A DNA stretch of 63,885 nt, the filler included, from Conidiobolus incongruus B7586 (lineage: Eukaryota): NCBI GenBank assembly GCA_000697335.1. It is 5 parts of 5 records of this genome, joined end to end, with 100 filler letters (N's around TTAATTAATTAA, not from the genome) between each part and the next. Parts side by side here need not be neighbours in the genome. Positions count along the whole stretch, not along the records: positions 41,551 to 58,737 come from JNEM01006223.1; positions 58,838 to 63,885 come from JNEM01006227.1; 3 more parts are not named here. The stretch is one strand, 5' to 3'. The position numbers were made by a program, and so were the translations under genes. The notes beneath the pieces were generated by a model. It ran no database searches. It had not been told where the DNA came from and saw only the letters and a list, made by a program, of their open reading frames with translations. How positions within the stretch are numbered: position 1 is the stretch's first letter; every line of letters begins with the position of its first letter. Below are positions 49,650 through 63,885 of the stretch, one piece after another.

Positions 49650-51840
49650 ATTTATTATATACAATGTTGTCATTGACTAAAGTTATTTGAATAATGATAT
49701 TAAGTAATCGTTGTAGGGTATATTCAAAGAATTGTAGTTTGGCAAATTCAGGAAATTAGCCAGGTTTTAATCTGCCAATAAACATGGAGTTAGTAAAAAC
49801 TGAATATCAGTTAAGGCTAGAAAATAATTCATGAACCCAGCATAAGCTGCATCAATGGTAAAGCTTTTGAGCGCTTTTTCGCTTGTAAGTTTTTCTTTTA
49901 GGTATCAACCATTGAGACCTTGAGGCTAAACAAAGTATCAGATATTGTAGTAAATAGAATTTAATTATCTTACTGAATCACCCTGATGGTCCAATATTAT
50001 GACTGCATTGTAAATATCTCCCCAAGGATTGACCTTCTCAACTGGGATATCACTTAGGCGAATTCTTCCAACACCACCGTGTAAAGTCTTCCATTTATAA
50101 CGAATTGCAGAATGATCAACAATTCAAGAGGCACAAATTCTTATCAAAAGTTGGATTGGTAGATTTCATATTAGGTCAAATTTCCAATTGGATTATTTTG
50201 GCAATATCTTCGGGTGTGATGAGTTGAACACACTCGATACGGCTCTGAGTTGGATGTTGTTAGTAATATTGAATTCGCGATAGATGTTTTCAAAAATCTT
50301 TGAGCACTTCAAAATTGCATAAATCACCAATACAGTAGACATTCGCTTGCCACTTGCCTTGGATTGCTTGCTTCATTATTTTACCCAATTTCTCGCTTGG
50401 AGTAAGTAGGGAACAGTGAGTTTTGGAACTATTATCATAGGATTCAACCATTACAGCAGCCCACGAGCCTAAGGCGCCTTCACCAATCAACTTAACACCA
50501 CCTATAAAGAGTTGAGAGTCACCATAGCCATCTTTGAGTTCTGGGGTCAAATTATCACATTCGTCGTACAACCTCCATCCACATAGGGCTATTCCACATT
50601 ATCTTTTATCAAATTATTAACGTGAATTATCCCCTTGTAGAACTCGATCTCAACCGGTGTACTTTCGATGTCGTGAGCTCTCATCATCCCGTAGCTGAGC
50701 ATCTTTTTAGTGATTTTAGTCCAACTAGCAATCTCCTGAAATTCAGAATCTATTGATTCCAGCCTTTGCACAACATATTTGCCATTATCCTTATACACTC
50801 TGGTCAAAGTACAGTCAGGAAATAGTAAATTTCGCCACCATCAGCTATGAGTTGTAAACTTTCATCTCCGGAATCTTTTCAAGGACGTACTCCACACCTT
50901 TGGAATTCATTCAGAGTGCGTAAGAGTTTCTGTGAGTTAGATTGATGACACTATTGTCAAGGTTGGAATTGAAATTTAGATCATTTGCAGTGGGGAATTG
51001 AGTGTTGAACCATTCGTTCAGGTCACAGCCATACCTCTTTCAGAAGCCGCTAATATCTATATTATTTTCCCGAGTGTGATTTTGAATGGTATTGATAGTA
51101 GCTATATTTGGATTTCAATATAAAAATGTAAGTTTTAACAGGTTGACAGCATTTTTCACCTTCAATAGATTTAAATTTATTTAAATTAACTCGACTTAAT
51201 TGTCTTCCCCTGTTCAACAAATACTCTAAGTATATTGCAAGTTATTAGCCATTGTTTAATAATGTTAGCTTACTATATGGGTGCCAATTATACAGGGAAC
51301 TAGGGCATACCATTTCAAATTGGATTTCTACATCACTCTCAATATCCAACTCAAATATCTCATATATTCCATTACCTTAAAATTATCATAATTTTAAAAC
51401 AAATATTGAGTTTTGTTAACATTTACAATTTTGCCATTCTTCACTGTGATCGTATCGCTGTAGCATTGGTTGGATGATCTTCAATATTGATAGTGGTACC
51501 TTAATAATGAACAGATTCGGAATTGCATTTAGTTAAGTGAGATCATTTGACAAATTTGCGACTTACTGCTTGAAGATCTAATGACTTTAATCCAATTAAC
51601 CAAAAATTTTAAATTTTTATAACATTCTTCAAATACTTCATAATACTGATATATCAAATAAAAATCACTAATAAAACTCTCAAATCTATAAACAGAATAT
51701 TCCAGCACTTTTTTTCAAGTAACCTATTGAAATTTATTAGTTAAGAAAATTTTTTTAAATAATGAATTACTTCTAAATTTAAATATGTAAACTTTAACGT
51801 GCTTGTATAAGACATTCAAGATACTATAATGAGTACAACA
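49650..51840 (-). pseudogene. Pseudogenised inverted paralog of the amidohydrolase at 42805-45045
   Basis: Colinear fragments (YAL*MNSKGVEYVLEKIPEMK; GVKLIGEGALGSWAAVM; DIPVEKVNPWG; G*YLKEKLT...DAAYAGFM) with Trp-to-TGA stops at 50911-50913 and 49905-49907, frameshifts and lost metal ligands (VHC to VYC, IEH to IEC). Several intron positions are shared. Ends are approximate. Confidence 0.88.
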
Positions 51841-54800
51841 TTGAAATATTATCTCAGTTATTAATAATATTTAAATTATTATTAATTTGAATTTTTTTTA
51901 TTTGGTATGATTATTTTAAATAATAAAAGTTATTTTATTTAATTTTAGATATTATATTATTTTTTAATAATTAAAATTTTTTCTGTAATTAAATAATAAA
52001 TCAATAAATATTTTGATTATTCAAAATATTTCTAATAATTGATATAAATAGGTTATAAATTATAAAATTATAATATAATTGATAATATCTACACTTTCAA
52101 AATGGATGAGATATTATGATTATAATATAATTAAAATATATTTATATAAAGTTTATTAGTAATATAATAGAATTTTGAAAGCTATTGATATTACATTAAA
52201 TATTCATTATATAATATTATAGATTAAATTTTGATGGAACTATAGTCATAAATAAATACAGTTAAATATAGTTAAAAAGAATTTTTTATTAACTTGTAAT
52301 TATCTATTAACCAGTAATTTTTATAAAAATTCTGTTAATTCATCTTGGAATTCAAATATATATTAAATAAATCATAAAAATAATATTTCATATTAATTAA
52401 TCAAGGATTTAAGTTTACATATTATTCTTTGAGCAATACGTAAAACAATTTCAATATTAAAATAAAGGGGATAGCCATATTGTTAATTAGAATGAATAAA
52501 AATTTGAGAGGAAAAATAATTTGAATTGAAATAATTTGAAAAGACTTATGATTAATGTGAATTAGCAATATTAATATATCCAAAATATAAATTGATTTGA
52601 TCATATTTTCATAGCTATTAAAATATAAGGATATATACTTTTTGATATTTTAAACTAGAAATAATCCATATTGGAAAAAATTCACAAATTAAAAATTACT
52701 AATAGAAATCAAGTTTATAATTAATAACAATGTCATAGGATCTATAATCTAATAAATATCAGTTAATGATGAATAGTAAATCGGTTTTCATTTGTTAACG
52801 AGTATCAGTTTATAATAAAATATTTAATTAAAATAAATAATATTAGGATTTTTGCAAATCAGCAAATATTAAAAATTTTTAAAAAAATAATAATATTAAA
52901 TTCTTTATATCTATATTAAAAATATCATTTGTATACCTTATAAATTTCAGCTTAATAATAATTTAGCCAAATTATTTAACTATTTGATCCATATTAAAAG
53001 TGATTAATAAAATCATTATATCCTCAAATTGTTATAATATATTAGTCACTTTACAATTAATTAATTATCACATTTAAATTAATTTTACAAGGCTTTTAAA
53101 TATGCAAAAATGGCAAAAAAATTCTATATTTTTAATTAATACTAAGTTTTTAAAAATATATTAAAATAATTTTTTAAATGAATATTTATAAAAAATTCAA
53201 TATTTATATATTTTAGTAATTATAAAATATATTTTGAATCAACTATAATTAATATATATGAATTTATTTTAAAATAATAATTTAATAAAAATAATACGAT
53301 CAAAATTTAATTTTAATAGAAATTTTCATTATAATTTCAAACTAATTGTAAATTATATAAAATATCTAAGTATATAAAAAATTCAAGCTGAATTTATATA
53401 ATGAGGAAACTTTATAATTAACAAAACCTATTACTATTACAATAAAATTCCAATATAGTTATTAAACATAGCTAATGCTTAAGTTCATATTAAGGAATAT
53501 ATTAATATCAAACTTCAGTTTCATTATCATAAATTTTACCAATATGAAAATTATTTAATTAAAAAAGGGTTTTTGGAACTGAAAAAAGATTGAATAATAT
53601 GTATATATATATATATATATTCAAAGATCTGTTAGTACTTTAACTATACTTCATTATTTTTCTAATTAATATTAATTATTTTTTAAAGTTTATAATACTA
53701 TAAGATTATATTAATAATTTAATTGTTAATAATCCAATTTTAAAGTTTAACCTGTTATTAACAATTCAAAAGTATCAATTTTTTAATAATAAAAAGATAT
53801 TTTTTAAATTATACTGGATATTTTTAATGATCAAATTACAATCATATATCCCCTATAATAATAATTATTATTACTTCAAATTTATAAGGTAATTTTAAAA
53901 AATAATTTTATTAAAATAATACATAAATATGTTATTATATTGGTTAGTAATTATAATATGAGGAACTTTTATATTAACATTAATTAAATATAATTATTTT
54001 TAGGTAAAAATTTCCATTTGTAACGTTTATTTAAAAATATTAAAATTAGTTGACTAGATAGCTTCTTCATAAACAAAACTTCTATTAATAATCTAATTAA
54101 AAATATCACAATATATTATCTGTAATAATTATTAATTATAACAATACTTTTTAAATCTTATAAAAATAAATTTAAATTGATATAAAATAAGAATTACTTT
54201 ATTTAGTATATATTTGGGAAAATAAAACTATTAACTTGCAAATTTTAAATTGTTATGAAATAGATGGTAATTTACTAATTACTTAATAAAATAATTTTTA
54301 TTAATAAATCATATTTACATTATTAATCATGATATATATATATTAACTATCACGAATATATAATCGAATTATTAAATTAATTTTAAATATTTCTATTATT
54401 TAAATTTATTTCAATTAGAGTATTATACTTAATTCAAAAGGTGAATTTAAAATACTGTAATAGGAGTTAACTAGTTTAAATATTATTCAACTCATATTTT
54501 TAATTAGTTTCATATAATAATCAAATAGAAATCCCAATATAACAATATTTATAATAAATATAATGATAATTAATTTCAATTAAAGTTAAATAATTAATAT
54601 ACTAAAATTTTTAAGTTATTATTCAATTCAGTAAGTAACTAAAAATTTATTTTAGTTAGAAAATGTAGTGATGACATCACACAATTTAAATTCGAAAATT
54701 ATGATAAAATTGAATTTTATATTGAAGAATTTGTTAATTTTTATGAGTCTATACATACAATTGAATTATATTATGTTTTAGAATTTATAATCGCTTAGTT

Positions 54801-55643
54801 CAACTATTTAATTTTGTTGGATATATTGTAAAGGTTCTTACTATTACTATTATTGACCATTTTTGTGACCTTAATATCAATGAATGGGATAATATGTTTT
54901 GAGATTTTGGATTAGAAGTGATGTACAATGGGGTCAATGATGTAAATTATATGGAATAAAAATAGAGGGATGTAAACTATAAAAGGCTAAACTCAATAAT
55001 CTAAAATATCATAGTTATTGCCCTGTACAAATAAAAAAATATCTAACCAGCTCATTCGAAAGAAACATGACATGACCCCAAATTCCAATTGATTGTTCAT
55101 CAAGGATGGAAGAATAAGCCACTAGAATCAAGTCATCAGTCTTTAGTTTGATAAAAGTTTCCTAATATAAAATCGTGACAATGAATGATAATTGTAAAAA
55201 ATTTCTGAACAAAGTAATATAGATCATAATCATCAATTGACATTAAAATACCTGAAAAAAAGTAATAATAATAATAATATTATTATTATTACAATTACCA
55301 AAGCCACCTTAATATTCTATTAGATTTTAATTAAAATTATTGAGAATTTTTATATTTTACTCTTGTTACGTTGTTAATTTTATCTTTTTCTATAACTTTA
55401 GTTTTACTGTTTTTTTATTAAAAAAATCAGCTTTAATCAATTATTAATTTTCTTATTTTTTTTTTGGTTTGGGACTGTTTCGTTTAATTTTTTTTGTTGT
55501 TAACAAAAAATCATTCATTTTGGGTTATTGAGCAATTTAATTATTTTTTCATTTTTTATTAATACTTGAGTTGGATCATATCTTGGTATTCTTGTATTAA
55601 GTTCAATTCTCACAATACTAAACAATTATCAATTAGAATTATC

Positions 55644-56864
55644 ATGGTTAAGGTCAGATACCCTGTGTGGAAGTATTATTCTATAGTCACTGAAGATAAT
55701 AGAGAAAAGGCGAAATGTATTTTTTGTAATAAAATATTTAGTAATATACCGGAAAGGATGGAAAAACACCTTATCTATGTAGGTTTCAATTATTTTTATC
55801 ACTTGTGTTAATAGTTTGATCACTAGTTTGATTTGATTTCTGACTTTACTTTGCTTGATTTAGAGATGTACTGGAAACCCTTCACCAAATGCAATACAAG
55901 AGGTTTCACAGCTTTATAGTGATAGGGTATCTAATATCCTTCACAAGACTTCAGTTCCTACACCAAAAGTGCCATCTAACATCCCTGGGGTGACTTCAAT
56001 ACCGCCCCCACCTCCTTCGCCTCCAATACTTCCAAAAACATTACCTCCATTGCAAGATCTGCAATTTCCTCCGAGGGCTAGTGGAGCGCAATCTAAAGCC
56101 ACCCAACAGAGCAGAAAAGATATTGAAAGGTTGAAGCCTTACGAAAAAGGAATTAAAGAAACTTCGCTAATAGATCAACTTAAACTCAGTCAATTAACCA
56201 CAGAAGAACGCCGAGAATTAGACATTTATTTAACCGAATTCTTCAAAGTAAGTGGATTTGATACTTTAGCTAGCTTAAAAATTTACAATAATTTTAGAAA
56301 CTTGAAGATAAAAGAGGTCAAACCTCACACGAAAGTCCAGTACAGTCCACGAGTATGGAAGGGATAGCAAGGAGTTCGCCTTCAAAAAGTCAACAAGAGC
56401 TCAGAAGGACTATTTTACAACCTCTTAAAACGGATTTAGCAGATGCAGGTCATTTAATAGGTCAAAAAACCCTTAAGGATCTAGTTCAAATAGAATACTC
56501 TTTAAGTCAATTACAAGTCACCGTTCAGCAAATAAATCAAGCAGTTCTCAAATTAAAACAAGACCTTCAAAAGATCCTGCAGCGGCAGGGAAGTTTATCC
56601 GAGCGGCATATGGATTCTTCCCTTGCGCAAGAGCCACCGTCCACACCCACGGACGTTAGACCCTCCCCTATACAGCTCAATTTGGGACTTGGCAAGAAAC
56701 CGATGCAGGAACCTCCAATACAACCGGCGGAGCAAGATAGATCTTCTCACGGTAACTTGGATACGCCCACACCTACTAAGGTTCAACCCCACCAACACCT
56801 ACATTTACATTTGAATTCGAGTTCAAGGTCTCCAGAAGATCATAATACGACATATTACACTTAA
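55644..56864 (+). CDS. BED zinc-finger protein with Pro-rich linker and coiled coil, exons 55644-55778, 55864-56247, 56298-56864
   Basis: Spliced N-terminus PVWKYY...KAKCIFCNKIFSNIPERMEKHLIYRC is a BED finger (W-x-aromatic, CxxC...H...C). Both GT-AG introns restore a single frame. Heptad region LSQLQVTVQQINQAVLKLKQDLQKIL. Confidence 0.82.
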
Positions 56865-58737
56865 TTTATTTACTCAACCTATGGAAAAAGGGTATTCTCA
56901 CAACTTGCTCCTCAACTCACCCACACTAGGATGTAACAATATTCAAAAGATAAAATATATAATATTTAGCAGTATAAATTATCTTTAATAAATACAAATT
57001 ATTACATATAATAATAATGTCTAACTTAAGAAAATTACAAATATAACTTTAAAATTAAAAATGAAAAAAAAAATAAATTATAAAAAAGTTTTTTAAAAAT
57101 TAAATTAAGAAAATAATGAATAAAAAAAAATTTAATTAAATCCCATATGAAAAATTAATTTAAATAAAATACAATAATAATAAACAAATTAATTAATAAA
57201 TTTAAATTTAATAAATATAATTTTATTAAAATTAAAATTTATACAGAACATATATATATACTATAATAATTAATTTATAATTATAATAAAAAAATTTTTT
57301 TGATAGATTTTAATAATAATTAATATCAATTTTAATAAAATTTCTATAAAAAAAAGTTCAATAACAATTGATGAAGAATAATCTTGTGCATCACTCAAGA
57401 AACCCCAATTACCACACTGATTCAAGAAGTCACATTGGTGGTACCTCATTTCATGAACTGCTTGAACCTATCATTTAATAATCTCATCTTTCCAAAAGTA
57501 TTGAATATTTAATTTATTTGCAGTATGCCATTTTCACCTGATTTGGTGAATTCTATTAATTTCCCCTAATTTTGTGGTAACCTATTGCTTACCACTGGAG
57601 ATTCCACGTTACCCACTTAAAACATATTTCCTCCAGCAGTTACGTTTTTCATAATATAATTAAAAATAATAAAAATTTTTATTAAGTTTATGTTTCTTAA
57701 ACTAATTTAATTAAAAATTAATTTCATTTTAAAATAAATAATATTTTCTTTTTTTTTTTAAAAAAAAAATACTCCAATTATTTTTGATAATTAATTATTT
57801 AATAATAAATATTAATATCAAAGTATTAATATAATAGTAATTTAATAATAAATTTTTTTAAGAAAAGATTTAAAGTTAATATACTTAATTTAATATTTTT
57901 TTATTTAAATTAAAGATTTTATTATTTTTAAAATATAATATCCTTGTTTTATATCTGTATTTATTAAATAAATATTTTATTAGTATTTTTTAGAAAAAAG
58001 TAAAATATATAATGTTGTAAAACACCATTATTTATAGTCCATAGGTTTTGGGATGGTGAAAATTTGTATTGGAATTATTATCATTGGAAGTCATTCTTTC
58101 AGATCAAAAAGGTTGTATTAGATTTGATTATGAAAAGGTGATAAAAACAAGTATCAAACTAAGAGAGTTTATTATTATTCAATAAAATATGTATTTATAT
58201 TATGAAAAATGAAATTAAAATACTAGTTATATTTATCAAAGCATTATCTATTAACAAGAACATGCCTTATTTTATGACATATATATATAATATATAATAA
58301 GTAATTTGGTTATTTTTAAATTAATAATAAATTATTATTTAGTAATTAAATCAATTATATTATCTTTAATACAAAATATATTAACTTATTTATACCACAT
58401 ATGAGTTAATATGATAATTTAAGGATTTGAATTAGTTTTAAATTAATAATTACAATATAATTTATAATCAGAAAATTTATTAACTATTCATAATAAAGAC
58501 TGTTATACTATGATTAATTTGATAGTCATTATTAAGCCATTTATATTATTAATTTTTATATTATTTCCGTTTTTATTTTATGATTTTAAAAATATCTATC
58601 TTTAGTTCTAATATAAATAAAATTATAATTAATAATATAATAATAATTTAAATTTAATAAATTTTTTTAATTATATTATTTATATTTAAACTATTCAAAT
58701 ATTATAAAATATTATAATTTCATTAATATAAATAATT

Positions 58738-58837
58738 NNNNNNNNNNNNNNNNNNNNNNNNNNNNNNNNNNNNNNNNNNNNTTAATTAATTAANNNNNNN
58801 NNNNNNNNNNNNNNNNNNNNNNNNNNNNNNNNNNNNN
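58738..58837. other. Artificial contig spacer
   Basis: N44-TTAATTAATTAA-N44. Confidence 0.97.
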
Positions 58838-60095
58838 TAGCATCACCGAAGGGAATTTCAATATCAATGGGAGTAGTTTCTCCATTCTTAACATATTTAA
58901 TAAATGAAATACCGTCCCAATAATAAAAACTGACAGTTTTGTCTTTGCCAGTAATAGTATTATATAACAATCCTTGCTGGGCTTGAGGAACTACAATGTC
59001 GAATTTGTCGACATTACTGAACTTAACTGATACCAAATGACGGTTAGGAGCGCCAATATCGGTAATAAAGTACATGGCTTCACTGTCAGCTGAGACGAAT
59101 TCAATATAGTTATTGCCATCACCAGAGAGAGCGAATTCAGAACTTCCACCACGAGCTCTATTGTCAATCAAAATAGCCTTAGCTCCAGAGCCATGAGTTT
59201 CATCAGCAGAGATGGCTTTTTGGGAGATGATGACAGTGTAACGATCGTTAACAACATGAATCTTTTGAACAGTACCTGGAGAGTATAAAGAAGTATCTTC
59301 ATTTACAGGAGCATCATTATTAGAGCTTGCACCAAGCTTATGGAATTGGTATCCTTCATAGACAGATTGGTCATTTTCCAAACCGGCTTTATCGAAGCTC
59401 AATCCATTGGGCTGCTTGTATTTGAAGTAATAGAAACCGGTTGATTCATCATCCCAGTCAATAGAGCCATTGAATTTAGCCCACAATACTTCGTCTTGAG
59501 TTTGTTTACCAGTTTTCAAGTCGATGACATAGATACTTTCCCAGTCGGAACCCTTGCGACGGAGAACATAGGCCAAGTATTTGCCATCCTTAGATACTTT
59601 GAAAGTGGAGATCTTGGAGAAATCTTTCTCAAATAATTGTCTGGGATCAACTAAAGTTTGTCTGCTACCATTGCCAACTTGCTTAGTTAAAATGCTCTGG
59701 GAGTAGGTACCAGGATTGTAAAGTTGATAAGTTGTACCATTGACAACTTGAGTCAACCCAATACGTTCATAGTTGCTGAGACGTTGGAGTTGGTTTCTGG
59801 TATGTTCTCTAGTGAAATCGAGGTCAAGATAACGTTTGGTAAAAGCATTTTGATCGTTAATGAATTTGTCAGTCTTTGTGTCAAAGGGACTCTCCAATGG
59901 TTTGTAAGGATTCTGAACATTGGTACCAAAGAAAGTGTCGTTGGCATTGGAGTCGATAGGAGCTGACGGATAATTCCAATCTCCATTAATTTTCCTGAGA
60001 CCTTTATTCTCGAAATCTTGAATACTCAATCTCGATTCTTGCCCCCTAATAACTAATAAAAGTGCTAAACTTTGAAATACTGATAAAGTCTTCAT
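58838..60095 (-). CDS. Prolyl oligopeptidase (S9A) N-terminal/beta-propeller part with signal peptide; 3' end truncated by spacer
   Basis: WNYPSA...DTFFGTNVQNPYKPLESP...FINDQNAFT, VSKDGKYLAY...GSDWESIYV, WAKFNGSIDW, FHKLG, YFITDIGAPN. The catalytic GGSNGG domain is not in the window. Confidence 0.9.
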
Positions 60096-63000
60096 ATTGA
60101 TTTTTAAACAATATTTTAATGAAAATATTAACTTTGCTCAAGTATTTAACCATTTTACAAATATTCACATCCCATGTAAGAACAGAATAAAAGTGCATTC
60201 GAATAATTGACCCAGTCATATGATATTTCGAGAATTCCATCCACCTTGACCAAATTATACGAATTTCGAGATTTCTTTATATCACAAAAAGTTATCTAAG
60301 TGTTACAAACTATAAAATGTAGTCATATGATTTTGATAATTTTGAGAAAACAGATTAATCTGATTTTTTTCTTATGTTATAAATAATTTAAATGAAAATT
60401 AATTTCATACTAAAAACTGACTTCATTTTTCATGATTTTTATATTAATTATATATTTAAATATTGATTTACATACTCTTAATTTTTAATATATATTCTAC
60501 TTGATGAATCGGGTTATATATTCAACTATATATATAATGTTATAAAAATATTTTGCAATGTATATTTTCCAAATTTCTTATACTTCTAATCCAATGCATT
60601 TAATTTTTACTTAGAAAAAATCAAAGTTCTATTTTTAATTTTGATTTATAATTAAGGTTAAGAATCAAGATTTTTTTTAATTTATCAGGTTAATAGATGA
60701 AATATAAAAAAATATAGCCCGAAATTTGCATTGTGGAGAAAACCAATATTAAATCCATTTTAAATAAAGGATGCTTTATAATAAATAACACATTTAGAAC
60801 TTTATATTCAATATAATTTTTTCTAATCCTTTCCATTTAAATAAATGAAAATATTCAAAATTTTGAATCCAATTAACCTATCTAGTCACTTGAATTTGTG
60901 GGAAAACATAATAAATTGATATAACAAAACTCGAATAAAATATCAATAAAATCGATATAGATAAAACTTTAGCATTAAATTTATAAAAATATATTTCAAA
61001 TAGCAGCGCAATTTTGAAATAAAGCTATCTCTTTCGGTTAAATCGTTAAAATGGTTGTAATCTAAAATATTATTAAGGTGAAATAAATAATTTAATTAAT
61101 CAAAGATTAAAAATAACAATCTAATGAGAACTATCGGACTATATATTTTAACCACGTGTATTTCTTAATTTATAAAGATCCAATTTGAAGTGTTTAATTT
61201 TACCTCATATAATATCATCAAAAGTACACAGGGTAGATTACACAACCTATTCATCCATCTTATATATTCAATATCTTTACAATCCAAATAATATTTTAAA
61301 ATACATTTTGACTAGAAGAAGATTTTAGAACTTGATATCTGTAGAAGGTTTCAATATAAATTATAATAATAAATAAATATTAGTAATTTTATATATATCA
61401 ATGAGTTTTATATTGTACCAAATAATGTAAACGAATAAAATAACTTAATTGGATCAAATAAATTAGATATTGTAGTTATTAATCAGTTAATATTAGAATC
61501 CTAATGTTTTTTTTTTCTAAAATATATAGTATTTACCAAATTTCAGCCAAATTATCAAACTTCAGGATAGCTTTATTAATAAATATGATTAATTAATAAT
61601 ATCAAAGTTCACGATATTGAACAATACTTGAATATTGTGTGAATTTTTTAAATAATGTAATTTACACGAATTTAAGTTTTGATATATTTCATTAAAAAAT
61701 ACCTATATTAATAATATTTTCTTTGATAAAATTTTAATAATAATTTCAAGTAATAATCGCTTCTCACGTCTCAGATGACATTTCAAATTTAACAATATAA
61801 ACTTTCATAATTTACCAAATATTACAATATATATATATATACCAATTGTTACGATTAAGCAATTTTAAATTGAGATATTAATAAAAGAATATTGTATCGT
61901 TTAATTTGACCATTATAGATAAAAGACACTTATTAGAATGAAAAGCATTGAAATAATTTTATTTGAATAACATAGTTTGAATATTTTATCTAACAAAAGC
62001 AATTAAAATGGATTTCAGATAATTTGTAAACTTGATTTTGCAACTCCAGAAATATCTTATTGAGTCAAATCATTTAGGATTCATAAAATCATCATTAAAA
62101 ATCTAAAAGAAATCTTAGATCATATGAATAATATAAAAGTAATTATTTTTACAATTTATCTGTTTTCATTTGAATAAATATATATTAAAATTGAACCTCC
62201 AAATTTCATGGCTTTAACAATAATTAAAAAATTTAATTAAATATTGATATTGTTAAAAATTTGAATAATTTATGCGCTTTGACAAGAAAAGAAGTGACGA
62301 TTTTAATAAAAAATATTTTACATTTTATATGTTGGTTTTCATCTAATTGTGAAGGTGATCTCTTGAATAAATATGACAAATCTGTTGCTCATCGATGATG
62401 AGTACATTAAGTCTTATTTTTATCAAATATAATATTAAGTTCAATATAAACTAAATTGCAATAATTTTTAATAAATTTAATATAAACCATTATTCATATA
62501 TATAAAAACCTAAAATTCAGTATATATATCGTTTGAAGTAGATTATAATAAGTTTAGTTTCACAATTTGAATATTTAGAATAATACAAAAAATCCACATA
62601 TCCAATATTTAATTAAACTATTAATATATCAAATTGTTTATAATAAAGAATATTCTAATGAAAATCCTATTTAAAACATAGGATATTTTATTATTTTTTA
62701 CTTATAATTAATACTATATTTAATATATTATAATATTACAATACCATAATCCTTGAATTAAACCTTTAATATTATTTATAAAATATTTTAATTTTATTCA
62801 AATAATTTAAAATTTTGGAAATTATAAAAAATTAATATATATTTTTGAATTTAAATTATTTAATATGACTTTCATTTGATATATTATTATATTGAATAGA
62901 CTATAATTAATAAAATAAAAATTTATAAAAACTATATATATTTATTAAGTTATTAGGAAAGCAACTGATATTAAATCTAGTTAAGAAATATATAGTATCT

Positions 63001-63885
63001 AAATACCAATCATATTAAAAATTATAAATCCTATCAATATTTTTACAAAAATTAAATAATGACATAAATTTATATTCAAAATTAAATAAAACATAAATAT
63101 ATATTATATAATAATAAAAAATTAATATTCTCTTTTATTATCAATAATTTATTGTAATACTTTTAGTAAACTTCCAATATCTAAATAAATGTTTTTTTAT
63201 TAAAGTCTGTAATTTGATATTTTATAATTTAAATTATTTATAAAAAATATCATTTATATACGCATATTTTTTAATTACCTATATAAGTTATAATTTAATA
63301 AATTAACTAGATAATACAGTTCTTTAATTTTTTTTAGTTATAGTTTAATATACTTTGTAATTATTATATAAAATAGAAAATACTTTTAATTTATAAAAAT
63401 AAATTATAAACTTATTATTATATTATATAATATTTATTTATTATTAGAACATTGTTTTATTGGAATCTATTAAAGGGATTACTTTAATTTAACCTAATTT
63501 GTTGTTTTATTTTTAAATATTGGATTATATGAAAAAATCTATTATTTACTAGATATAATAATTTATTAAGGAACTTTTGCTTTTACCTATATCTTAATAG
63601 ATATTATTTAGATATAGCATTTTTAGTTTTTCCTGAGTTCTTGCTAAATTATAAGATATATATTTTATATCTTTATTTATCAAAATAAATTTCAAAATTA
63701 ATATATATAATATATTTATATAATTTATATTAAGTACCAATATAACTCTTTAAAGATAAAAAAATATTTTTCCATATATTATTTTATTTTATTAATCAAT
63801 ATGAGAACCATATTAAATATTAATTTTAATTTGAAATAGATTTTAAATAATATCCTATTTAGTATGAAATTGATAAATATAATAA

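Noticed and set aside
58838..60095. POP as a cyclic-peptide macrocyclase (Amanita POPB-type) system
   Set aside because: No MSDIN-like precursor was seen nearby, the catalytic domain is missing from the window, and a signal peptide is not a POPB feature.

Overview
Very AT-rich eukaryotic DNA with short (mostly ~45-85 nt) GT-AG introns and fungal-type genes. The gene content and style suggest an early-diverging fungus, possibly Entomophthorales/Zoopagomycota (inference only). The window is five segments joined by four identical artificial 100-nt spacers (N44-TTAATTAATTAA-N44), so adjacency across those joins is not established. Apparently intact genes: THR4, MGM101, a PRM1-like membrane protein, an STN1/RPA2-type OB-fold protein, an M36 fungalysin, an FHIP/FAM160-like protein, a CaM kinase, MOB2, a WW-MyTH4-RhoGAP (ARHGAP39/Vilse-like), two tandem paralogous ~118-aa unknown proteins, a membrane-anchored YtcJ-like amidohydrolase, a VPS68/UPF0220 protein, ERG24 and a BED-finger-only protein. 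Also present: a signal-peptide-bearing prolyl oligopeptidase cut by a spacer, a PAAF1/Rpn14-like gene with one in-frame TGA, tRNA-Lys(CTT), tRNA-Glu(TTC), an ANK-BTB pseudogene and an amidohydrolase pseudogene. The most notable element is a ~560-bp LTR-like repeat in two copies. One copy sits 10 bp upstream of the tRNA-Lys gene (Ty3-like Pol III-start geometry), and the repeat carries the start of an indel-free, apparently constrained ORF inside the LTR itself.
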